Positions 26,764 through 34,016 of a DNA stretch of 46,993 bases are shown piece by piece. Every line of letters begins with the position of its first letter. The first letter of the stretch is position 1. This DNA comes from a virus (lineage: Duplodnaviria > Caudoviricetes): positions 1 through 46,993 of IMG/VR virus record IMGVR_UViG_3300036798_000299. One strand, given 5' to 3'. The position numbers and the translations under genes are program-made. The notes under the pieces are model-generated. The model saw only the letters and a program-made list of their open reading frames with translations, was not told where the DNA came from and made no database searches.

Positions 26764-27078
26764 ATGGCAGACGAAACGAACACAGTTGACCTCGCCGCAG
26801 TCGAAGCAGAAGTAGCAGGTCTCTCTCCCGAACAAGTCAAAGAGAAACTGCTCGCAATCCGCGTACGGCAGAAGGTTCAACAGAAAAAGCAGGCGGAAAA
26901 GGGTGGGCAGAAGGCCTACAACCAGAAGCAGCAGGCCCTCCGCAACGCCTATAAGCAGCAGGCGATCAAGCTCGGCATCTACGACGACATCGTCAAGGAA
27001 GCCGACAAGCAGGCGGAAGAGAAGTACGCTGCGATGGTAGCAGCCGAACAGCCTGAAGAGGAGAACGGCGCTGCATAA
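26764..27078 (+). CDS. Helical K/Q/E-rich protein, possibly nucleic-acid-binding and highly expressed
   Basis: AAAGGA RBS; 104 aa; first gene after the middle promoter. Confidence 0.7.
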   Translation: MADETNTVDLAAVEAEVAGLSPEQVKEKLLAIRVRQKVQQKKQAEKGGQKAYNQKQQALRNAYKQQAIKLGIYDDIVKEADKQAEEKYAAMVAAEQPEEENGAA

Positions 27079-27112
27079 CGAGATGCGCTCGTAGCTTCCA
27101 ACTACGGCGCCC

Positions 27113-27158
27113 GAAGAGGTGGGCAGGTATGGTTGGTCTCCTCCCTGCTCACCTTTTC
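27113..27158 (+). ncRNA. Hairpin RNA with an anti-RBS loop (candidate antisense sRNA); may also act as terminator
   Basis: 15-bp stem GAAGAGGTGGGCAGG/CCTGCTCACCTTTTC (2 G.U); loop TATGGTTGGTCTCCTC is the reverse complement of GAGGAGACCAACCATA. Confidence 0.65.
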
Positions 27159-27194
27159 CTGATGTTCGATAGGACCTCGCTCGAGCGTTGTTAG

Positions 27195-27275
27195 AGAAGG
27201 CCGCATGAACGCCAACCGTGCTGTGTTTGACGGACTGCGTTCCTCCGTGCCAACGGAGTGGCAGTGCGGCCTTCT
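27195..27275 (+). ncRNA. Candidate multibranch structured RNA
   Basis: Closing stem AGAAGGCCGCA/TGCGGCCTTCT encloses GAACGC/GCGTTC and CTCCGT-gcca-ACGGAG. Confidence 0.45.
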
Positions 27276-27303
27276 GTACCAACCAACGAACGAGGAGAAC
27301 CAA

Positions 27304-27699
27304 ATGCATGAGCGCAAACTTAAAGCTAGTACACGCGAAGCCATCGCCCACCTCCACGGCAGGCTCGAAATCCAAATCGAATACTACGCGGCGGGAATTG
27401 GCATCACCGCGGCCGAGCTTTCCAACGAGTTGGGATCGTTACTTCTCCTCAGTTCGACCGGGAGCGTATCGGATCGCATGCGGGTTTTGCGAGAAAAGAC
27501 CCCCAGATTACTACAAGGGGGCGCAGAGATGGAAGTGGGTAGCCGGACACGAAAGGGCCGCCCACGGAAAAAATTGGGCCGACCAGTAGGCAGCAAGGGC
27601 AAGAAAATGTCAGGCATCAAAGCCTACTGGGCTGCCATGACAGAGGACCAACGCAAGGCAGAAATGAGACGTCGAGGTATCGTAAGAAAGGCATCGTAA
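27304..27699 (+). CDS. Basic DNA-binding protein with AT-hook-like GRP motifs
   Basis: GAGGAG RBS; RKGRPRKKLGRPVGSK...KAYWAAMTEDQRKAEMRRR. Confidence 0.6.
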   Translation: MHERKLKASTREAIAHLHGRLEIQIEYYAAGIGITAAELSNELGSLLLLSSTGSVSDRMRVLREKTPRLLQGGAEMEVGSRTRKGRPRKKLGRPVGSKGKKMSGIKAYWAAMTEDQRKAEMRRRGIVRKAS

Positions 27700-27703
27700 C
27701 GCG

Positions 27704-28072
27704 ATGGCACGAAAGACCGTCAAAAAGAAGAAGCCTTCCGTTAAGCGCGTCAAGCGAGCGGCGACTAACATCGTCGCTCCTGACGTCGAGTTCGACTTGA
27801 TGCTTCAGTCGATCACTGAACTTTACCCGAACGACCCGACGACCCCTGGTCTTGCGATTTCGTGGCTCCCTCAGTCGCGCACGTTCTACGCGTCAGTTCA
27901 TCGCTTTCACGCAAAGCATGGCGATTCGCCTTACGTTATGTTCAAAGCGTACGGGCCAACCGCTTTTCACTGTATGCGCGAGTTGCTCGAAAAGTGGTCG
28001 CGTCATATCAACCCGCCTATGAATGCAACGCAGTCCTTAAGGAGTCTCCGTGGCGCCACCAAGACGCATTAA
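27704..28072 (+). CDS. Hypothetical protein with basic N-terminus
   Basis: 122-aa ORF in operon context. Confidence 0.65.
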   Translation: MARKTVKKKKPSVKRVKRAATNIVAPDVEFDLMLQSITELYPNDPTTPGLAISWLPQSRTFYASVHRFHAKHGDSPYVMFKAYGPTAFHCMRELLEKWSRHINPPMNATQSLRSLRGATKTH

Positions 28073-28247
28073 GATCACTCAAATCCAAGTTGGTCAGTGG
28101 ACGATGGAGGACGACATTTCCGGCGTCGCTCGCGACGGCTTCAGCGTCATCGGCCTCGGCGACGATGGCGTCGTGTACCAGTACAAGAAGGGCTCGATTC
28201 AAGCGTGGGTACCCTTCAATCACCGCTTCTTAACGGAGGTTGAATAA
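28050..28247 (+). CDS. Hypothetical protein
   Basis: AAGGAG RBS, GTG start; IGLGDDGVVYQY...W.P pattern. Confidence 0.65.
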   Translation: MAPPRRIKITQIQVGQWTMEDDISGVARDGFSVIGLGDDGVVYQYKKGSIQAWVPFNHRFLTEVE

Positions 28248-28291
28248 CCAGCTAAAGGGATAACGAAAAGTGTAAAAAGGAGAGTCACTGA

Positions 28292-29020
28292 ATGAACCGT
28301 AGAACGTTGTTAACCCAAAGCGGTATAACCCTTGCAGGTGGATTATTACTTCCACATCTACTAAAAGCGCAGTTTCCAGTAACAACTGGTTATCCTGCGT
28401 TAAATACTACAATCGTTAACTCAGCGCAGTCTAACGTGCTTGCTCTCTATCGTGCATCCGAAGCACACACTGCAAGCGCGGCTACTATACAAGCGGCTGC
28501 TACATCTTTCAGTACCTTGTTCTCACACTTCGCCGCAACTGGTTACAATCCAGTGTATCAACGAAACATAATCAGCGGTATACAAAGCCGCCTTGCTTCA
28601 GGAATTAACGATGGTCCACGAATAGCAGCACGTTTGGCATCTGTGGGAATCTTCTTAACTGCGGCGCAGATAGCAAACAACTACAACGTCGCAGAATATC
28701 GCCCAACCATGAACCAACTTATCGCTGTATTAAATGCTGACACCATTACTTATATTTGGTCGAAATTTAATCTTGACCTACATGAAGCTGTATTACGTGC
28801 TGAATCAACAAATAACCACACAATCAGTGGCGATTCTATGCCACGTACAAGCTTGCGTACTATTACTATAGAGCCTCCTCACCTACAACTTGAGCCTGGA
28901 TGTGGTCTTGATGGCTTAGTTGTAAGTGTTCTTGCTATTTTTTCTCCTCCACCAATTGATATTATGATGGGAGCATTGGGATTAACATACGGAGTTTTGG
29001 ACTACTTCAAACTTTGTTAG
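28292..29020 (+). CDS. Tat-signal precursor with hydrophobic Cys-flanked C-terminal peptide (bacteriocin-like)
   Basis: MNRRTLL...LKA|Q twin-arginine signal; C-terminus GCGLDGLVVSVLAIFSPPPIDIMMGALGLTYGVLDYFKLC; AT-richer codon usage. Confidence 0.6.
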   Translation: MNRRTLLTQSGITLAGGLLLPHLLKAQFPVTTGYPALNTTIVNSAQSNVLALYRASEAHTASAATIQAAATSFSTLFSHFAATGYNPVYQRNIISGIQSRLASGINDGPRIAARLASVGIFLTAAQIANNYNVAEYRPTMNQLIAVLNADTITYIWSKFNLDLHEAVLRAESTNNHTISGDSMPRTSLRTITIEPPHLQLEPGCGLDGLVVSVLAIFSPPPIDIMMGALGLTYGVLDYFKLC

Positions 29021-29028
29021 GAGGAGTT

Positions 29029-29211
29029 ATGATTCATAATCATCGAGCAGCAGATGTAGCATTTATCTTCGCAGATATCGTAATAATCATATCTGCCGTG
29101 CGATATTTTCTGTATCGTCGCCGCAACACAACCGATCCGTATCGAGTGAAGTTAGAAATTGGAGCTGGTATGTTGTTGCTCATTTCTGCAATTTTGTTCA
29201 TAACACAGTAA
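29029..29211 (+). CDS. Small two-TM membrane protein (immunity-like)
   Basis: AGGAGG RBS; two hydrophobic segments separated by RRRN. Confidence 0.65.
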   Translation: MIHNHRAADVAFIFADIVIIISAVRYFLYRRRNTTDPYRVKLEIGAGMLLLISAILFITQ

Positions 29212-29245
29212 ATAAACTTAGAGGGGTAACGAACTAACGTCCATT

Positions 29246-29285
29246 GCCCCTTTAGTTTGATATGCGCTACCACATGCTGTATAAT
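29246..29285 (+). promoter_or_regulatory. Middle promoter (replication/modification operon) with GCCCCTTTA box
   Basis: GCCCCTTTA-N2-TTGATA-N17-TATAAT. Confidence 0.8.
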
Positions 29286-29301
29286 AAGGAGAATAGTGTT
29301 C

Positions 29302-29469
29302 ATGAAAGAGCATATTCAGGACCGGCTCGACCAACTTCGCTTGTACTACAGTCTCGAACGCGACAGCATCCAACTCGCTATCCAATCTGCGTTAATCGTC
29401 GAGTATCAAGCATTCCTCGACTTTCTATCCAAACCAGAACCTCCCACGCAGCATATTCGTCCCCTATGA
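29302..29469 (+). CDS. Hypothetical protein (55 aa)
   Basis: AAGGAG upstream; ATGA coupling to the nuclease gene. Confidence 0.5.
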   Translation: MKEHIQDRLDQLRLYYSLERDSIQLAIQSALIVEYQAFLDFLSKPEPPTQHIRPL

Positions 29470-30581
29470 TCATCAACTGGTCACGAATCAGTCAATTCCA
29501 GGAATGTCGGCGTAAAGCCTACAACTGGGATGCACTTCGTCTCTCGTCGTGGCGTGAGGCCGACGCGCTCTTAACAGGCGGAGGCTTTCACGTCGGAGCA
29601 GCAGTCCTCTTCGCGACGAAGGACGTACAAAAAGCCGTCGCGGCTGCAGAAAAAGACATGCGCGATAGGTACGCAACGCAAGTCATCCTAGCCGAAGAAA
29701 AACCAATCATCGAACATGGCATTGAATGGACGAAGCGAGCAGTTGCTAAGTTCGCTGAACATTACGAGGGTCAGGACGTTCAAGTTCTTTGGCCTGAAGT
29801 TGCGTTCTGCCTTGCCATGCCTAATACATGGCACCATTGCCATTTCGCGCATAAGCTATTGTATCCGCCCCCGGCCCCGCCGCGTGAAGAAACCCCAGCT
29901 TTAACCCAGATCGAGATCGGCCGCCCAATACCACACTGTTTCGACTGGGTCGTTACGCCTGATGGACAAGCAAGCCATCTTGGGTGCCCGTGGTTCAATC
30001 GAAACGAATACAAAATATGCCCGAGTTGCGGTGTCGATGTGCCTGCCTGCATTATGCCGCACTTCTTCAAAGGCAAAACCGATGCCGTCGTCGAATGGAT
30101 GACGAAAGTGTGGCTGTTCGAGCACAAGACCAACGCGCAAGCGCCGGAAATCTTCTATAAAAGGTACCTGTTAGATGCACAAGCGACCGGCTATATGTAC
30201 GGTATTTGGAAGACGCTCGGAGTTAAGCCCGAAGGGTTCATTCTCAACGTTATACAGAAGCCTTACAAAAACGCAAAGGATCAGCTTGCGGTCGGGTTCG
30301 GACGTGAGCCTTACTTCCGCTCAAATGAAGATCTTGAAAGGTTCGCTCTGGAACTTGTTGAACAAGCAAACGACTATGAACGTGCATTTTCGGCAGCGGA
30401 CGGGGGTAATATTCACGCCGTCTACATGAACACGAAAAGCTGTACGAACTACAATCGGCAGTGCTACTATATGGACTACTGTCAGAGGATGTTCGTCGCT
30501 AACGAAGGCGAGTTCCACGAACGCGAGGAAGACTACGTCGAAGCGGAGTACAAAAAGGTACTACAACTGGAGACCGCATGA
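29466..30581 (+). CDS. Cas4-like PD-(D/E)XK exonuclease
   Basis: SRISQFQECRRK, G..FH, KGKTD...FEHKT, Q...Y and a C-terminal C..YNRQC.Y..YC Fe-S motif. Confidence 0.85.
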   Translation: MIINWSRISQFQECRRKAYNWDALRLSSWREADALLTGGGFHVGAAVLFATKDVQKAVAAAEKDMRDRYATQVILAEEKPIIEHGIEWTKRAVAKFAEHYEGQDVQVLWPEVAFCLAMPNTWHHCHFAHKLLYPPPAPPREETPALTQIEIGRPIPHCFDWVVTPDGQASHLGCPWFNRNEYKICPSCGVDVPACIMPHFFKGKTDAVVEWMTKVWLFEHKTNAQAPEIFYKRYLLDAQATGYMYGIWKTLGVKPEGFILNVIQKPYKNAKDQLAVGFGREPYFRSNEDLERFALELVEQANDYERAFSAADGGNIHAVYMNTKSCTNYNRQCYYMDYCQRMFVANEGEFHEREEDYVEAEYKKVLQLETA

Positions 30582-31249
30582 ATAAACCTATAGCAGTTGC
30601 GATCTATTCGGGAGGCATGGACAGCTGTACGCTTGTCTATGATCTCGCACGGACGTACGAAGTCCACACGCTTTCGTTCGATTACGGTCAGCGGCATCGA
30701 AAGGAGCTCGACTATGCGCGGGCTGTTGCGAGGGATCTTGGGATTTTTCACAAGACTATCTCGCTCTTACAACTGCGCGATCTACTCGGAAGATCGTCGC
30801 TTACTGACGTTACGATTGACGTACCCGAAGGTCATTATACGGATGAGACGATGAAAGCGACGATCGTCCCTAACCGAAACGCGATAATGCTCTCGATCGC
30901 GTACGGCTTCGCGGTTTCAATCGGCGCGAAACTCGTCGCGATAGCTGCACACGCTGGCGATCACCCGATCTATCCCGACTGCCGACAGGGCTTCATCGAA
31001 ATGCTTAGCGTGACGCTTTCGACCGGCAACGACAGCGACATTTACATCCACGCGCCTTACACCAACAGAACGAAGGCGGATATCGCGCGTCTCGGGAACG
31101 AACTAGGCGTACCTTGGAACCACACTTGGTCGTGTTATAAAGGTTTGTCGCTCCACTGCGGGCGTTGTGGTACCTGTGTCGAACGCCGCGAGGCTTTCGC
31201 GCTCGCCGGAATCAACGATCCAACCGAATATGGAGGAATCCTCTCATGA
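30578..31249 (+). CDS. queC: 7-cyano-7-deazaguanine synthase
   Basis: SGGMDS, FDYGQRH, VPNRNAIMLS, YPDCR, WSCYKG...HCGRCGTCVER. Confidence 0.95.
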   Translation: MNKPIAVAIYSGGMDSCTLVYDLARTYEVHTLSFDYGQRHRKELDYARAVARDLGIFHKTISLLQLRDLLGRSSLTDVTIDVPEGHYTDETMKATIVPNRNAIMLSIAYGFAVSIGAKLVAIAAHAGDHPIYPDCRQGFIEMLSVTLSTGNDSDIYIHAPYTNRTKADIARLGNELGVPWNHTWSCYKGLSLHCGRCGTCVERREAFALAGINDPTEYGGILS

Positions 31250-31398
31250 ACGCCACGTTTATCCTGTATATTCTCGCCGCGATATGTTTCTTCGTCGCCG
31301 CGATCAACGTCACCTGGCCACGTGTGAACCTCATCGCTTTAGGTCTTTTGTTCTGGGTTCTCGCGTACATCATCGGTGGGCCTCATGTCGTCAGGTAA
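31246..31398 (+). CDS. Small two-TM membrane protein (50 aa)
   Basis: GGAGG RBS; MNATFILYILAAICFFVAAINV..PRVNLIALGLLFWVLAYII. Confidence 0.7.
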   Translation: MNATFILYILAAICFFVAAINVTWPRVNLIALGLLFWVLAYIIGGPHVVR

Positions 31399-32143
31399 GT
31401 ACAAGACCGTCGCCTTCGACTCGTGTAGTGAAATGGCGCGACTGTACTTTTCAAAGGCGATGGGCAAGTCGACTCTCGACACCGAAAAGATCCGCGCGAT
31501 GAACGACTATCCCGCAGCAACCGAACGTATGAACATGCTCATTAGGAGGCTTAAGAATCTCCGTGACCAAGGAACTGAGATCGTCTTTACCGCACATGAG
31601 GATATTCAGAAAGTCTACGCTCGTGGAGGTGCAATGGCAAGCAAAGGGCAGCAGCCCGCTGAGCCTGTTGCCGTCAAAGGCTGGCCTGATATGCCAGGCA
31701 ATCGTACACCTGACGAGATGTGTCGCGCCGCAGACAATGTTTTTCACATCCGGATGGTTAACAAAATCCCAATGGCTATCGCTAACCGTGAAGTTCTCGG
31801 TGCCGGAGGTGACTACTGGGAAACAAAGGACCGTTTTAACGCACGATCTATCGGAGCGCCTCCAGGAATTCTTCCCTTCGATTACACCCGAATCAAGGCA
31901 TTGGTGGAACCAACAGGGTTGTGGAATCCTGCTTATATATGGATCTTCTACGGACCTTTCGGAGTTGGCAAAACAAGAGCTCTCCTCACCTTCCCGCGAC
32001 CTCTCTATCTTTTCGACCTCGACCGAGGAACTAAATCGATACCCGAGATCAACGGCGACAAAGACTTCGTCATAGATTCGTACGATGTCGAGGATGCTCA
32101 CGAATGCGAGCGCTTCATCGGCACCGTCGCGAAGTTGTACTAA
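31385..32143 (+). CDS. Sak4/AAA_24-like recombination ATPase, circularly permuted
   Basis: Walker B segment YKTVAFDS at the N-terminus, IVFTAHE, TKDR; Walker A FYGPFGVGKT plus PLYLFDLDRG at the C-terminus. Confidence 0.8.
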   Translation: MSSGKYKTVAFDSCSEMARLYFSKAMGKSTLDTEKIRAMNDYPAATERMNMLIRRLKNLRDQGTEIVFTAHEDIQKVYARGGAMASKGQQPAEPVAVKGWPDMPGNRTPDEMCRAADNVFHIRMVNKIPMAIANREVLGAGGDYWETKDRFNARSIGAPPGILPFDYTRIKALVEPTGLWNPAYIWIFYGPFGVGKTRALLTFPRPLYLFDLDRGTKSIPEINGDKDFVIDSYDVEDAHECERFIGTVAKLY

Positions 32144-32167
32144 CCCACGAACAAAGGAGAAACACTA

Positions 32168-32371
32168 GTGCGCAATGTACGTGTAACATTCACCGCTACC
32201 GACAAGGAAGATTCCGGCGAAGAGATGGATAACGCCGAACTCGTCGCATCTTGGTCAACGTTCCTCGACGAAGCCTTCAGCGATTTCCAGATCGAGGATA
32301 TCGTCGTCGAGAAAGCCGAGGAACTTTCACGCGTCGCAGATGAGAGCGACGACGAACAGGAAACTACCTAA
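32168..32371 (+). CDS. Highly acidic small protein
   Basis: AAAGGAG RBS; about 21 of 67 residues are D/E. Confidence 0.7.
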   Translation: MRNVRVTFTATDKEDSGEEMDNAELVASWSTFLDEAFSDFQIEDIVVEKAEELSRVADESDDEQETT

Positions 32372-32574
32372 TGATCGTCCGTTTCGAATTCTCCATCGAC
32401 GATACTATGTGGCCAAAACTTTCGATGAGCGGTACGCGAATCACCACCGTCGGTGATCGCATCGTTTTCAACGAGAAGCAACAATACGATCTCGCATACG
32501 GAGCGTTCGAAAACGCGATTCACAACCAGCTCCGTCCTGCCGTCGAGGAAATCAATCGACGGCACACCCGTTAA
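32371..32574 (+). CDS. Hypothetical protein
   Basis: TAATG coupling, 67 aa. Confidence 0.65.
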   Translation: MIVRFEFSIDDTMWPKLSMSGTRITTVGDRIVFNEKQQYDLAYGAFENAIHNQLRPAVEEINRRHTR

Positions 32575-32615
32575 CGCACCTCAGCCCAGCGAATCGAGCG
32601 AATCGAGCTAATCAA

Positions 32616-33002
32616 ATGACAGTACATACAGATAATATGGATACAGTTCAGGCACCAGGTGAACTAGTCCCGGAAGGCACGTACCACGTACGCGTCAGTA
32701 GTGTAACTGAAGAAATATCGGCGCAAGGCAAGCCGATGGTCGTCGTCGACTTCAAGATCCAAGACGAGGGCCCTTCGTACGGACGTAACGTACGTGTTTG
32801 GGCGTCGTTAGAACCTACGGCGCTTTTCACGCTAAAAGGCATCTACAAGGCTGCGGGCTACACGCCCGGTCCTGAGGGCCATGATCCCGAAAAAGTTCTC
32901 GACGCGGAGATGTATCTCTCCGTCGTTCACGGCATGTACAAAGGAGCGCCAGCAATGAACGTTCCTCCGTACAGCTTCAAACCCCTTACAGGGAGTCGAT
33001 AA
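32616..33002 (+). CDS. DUF669-like single-stranded DNA-binding protein
   Basis: LVPEGTYHVRV...S..GKPM...F.I...G...GR; next to the Sak4-like and Cas4-like genes. Confidence 0.75.
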   Translation: MTVHTDNMDTVQAPGELVPEGTYHVRVSSVTEEISAQGKPMVVVDFKIQDEGPSYGRNVRVWASLEPTALFTLKGIYKAAGYTPGPEGHDPEKVLDAEMYLSVVHGMYKGAPAMNVPPYSFKPLTGSR

Positions 33003-33003
33003 C

Positions 33004-33099
33004 ATGTGGGCGCCCATATTCATCGTAATCTGGGCGCTCCTCGTTATTTCGATTGAAACGCGTCGGATTAACAAGGAGCGCGATCGTGTTCGTAAGTAA
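33004..33099 (+). CDS. 31-aa membrane peptide
   Basis: GGGAG RBS; MWAPIFIVIWALLVISIETRRINKERDRVRK*. Confidence 0.45.
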   Translation: MWAPIFIVIWALLVISIETRRINKERDRVRK

Positions 33100-33637
33100 A
33101 CGTTTTACCTTCGAGGCGTCGCACCAAATCGCGAATCATCCGGGAAAGTGCCGGCGCCTTCATGGTCACTCTTGGGTTCTTACCGTCACGTGCCAAGGTA
33201 AACTCGACGCGGAAACGAAGATGGTCAAGGACTTCTACGATATAAAGCTCGCCGTTCAACCGATCGTCGATCGACTCGATCATCAGCATCTTGGTTACGG
33301 TCCTATTTTTTCCGACCCTTGGAACGCAATTATGCCTTCGTCAGTCAAAGGAATACCAGAAGGCTTCCTCCCAACATCCGAAAACATGCTCGTCTGGATC
33401 GCGAGCGAAATTCCTCGAGAGCTACCTTGGTGCAAGCTAGAACTCAACGAAACTTGCACCTCATCCGCCGTACTAGAGCGCTGGGAACATACGCGCTACT
33501 TCGTGAAGGAAGGAGGCAACCATGGCAGGCAAGAAGAAGGAGATGAAGAAGGACGACAAGAAGGAAAAGAAGTTCCCGCCCAAGGCAAAGAAGAAGTAAC
33601 GTCGCCATATATCACCGACGACGATATTCCCTTCTAG
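33086..33637 (+). CDS. queD: 6-carboxy-5,6,7,8-tetrahydropterin synthase with acidic DDDIPF tail
   Basis: FEASH...CRRLHGHSW, DF, LDH..L, PTSEN, ET; GTG start after AAGGAG. Confidence 0.92.
   Translation: MFVSKRFTFEASHQIANHPGKCRRLHGHSWVLTVTCQGKLDAETKMVKDFYDIKLAVQPIVDRLDHQHLGYGPIFSDPWNAIMPSSVKGIPEGFLPTSENMLVWIASEIPRELPWCKLELNETCTSSAVLERWEHTRYFVKEGGNHGRQEEGDEEGRQEGKEVPAQGKEEVTSPYITDDDIPF
33522..33599 (+). CDS. 25-aa Lys-rich peptide overprinted on the queD 3' end
   Basis: AAGGAGG-caacc-ATG; MAGKKKEMKKDDKKEKKFPPKAKKK*. Confidence 0.5.
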   Translation: MAGKKKEMKKDDKKEKKFPPKAKKK

Positions 33638-33640
33638 CGT

Positions 33641-33675
33641 GTAGGAGGTATGTGCACCCTGTTCATACCTCCTAC
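33641..33675 (+). terminator. Perfect 12-bp hairpin after queD
   Basis: GTAGGAGGTATG...CATACCTCCTAC; no U-tract. Confidence 0.4.
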
Positions 33676-33688
33676 GTACGAGGCAATT

Positions 33689-33871
33689 ATGGAAACGCTA
33701 CGTTACGACGTGCTACACGGTGAACGCGATCCGCGTTACGACGTCGTCTGCCCACTTTGTTGCAGCGCGATAGGTTATCCCTGCACGGTAAAGAAGCTCG
33801 ACGGTCGTGAGATGGTTCCGTGGATTCACGATGAAAGGATACGCGATGGTGTTAATCCAGCAGAACCTTAA
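33689..33871 (+). CDS. Zn-finger protein
   Basis: VCPLC....G.PC...H..R. Confidence 0.65.
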   Translation: METLRYDVLHGERDPRYDVVCPLCCSAIGYPCTVKKLDGREMVPWIHDERIRDGVNPAEP

Positions 33872-34016
33872 CGACGATCGTTTCGTCAAAATGCAAGCGC
33901 GTTATGATGGGCACTGTACGGAGTGCGAGACGGATATCCTCCAAGGCGACGATATCGTTTGGGACACGAAGGAACGTAAAGCCTACTGCGACGCGTGCGG
34001 TGAGGAGTACTTATGA
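33846..34016 (+). CDS. Zn-ribbon protein
   Basis: ARYDGHCTECETDI..GD.I.W...AYCDAC. Confidence 0.65.
   Translation: MVLIQQNLNDDRFVKMQARYDGHCTECETDILQGDDIVWDTKERKAYCDACGEEYL

Noticed and set aside
27079-27300. tRNA or hammerhead ribozyme
   Set aside because: No cloverleaf with T-loop/CCA; CTGATG at ~27159 lacks the complete CUGAUGA...GAAA core.
29466-30581. CRISPR-associated cas4
   Set aside because: No other cas genes or array; the context (Sak4-like ATPase, SSB) indicates a phage recombination exonuclease.
33641-33675. Hairpin-sequestered start at 33650 as a translational switch
   Set aside because: GGAGG is only 1 nt from that ATG, too close for initiation; the ATG at 33689 has a properly spaced GAGG.
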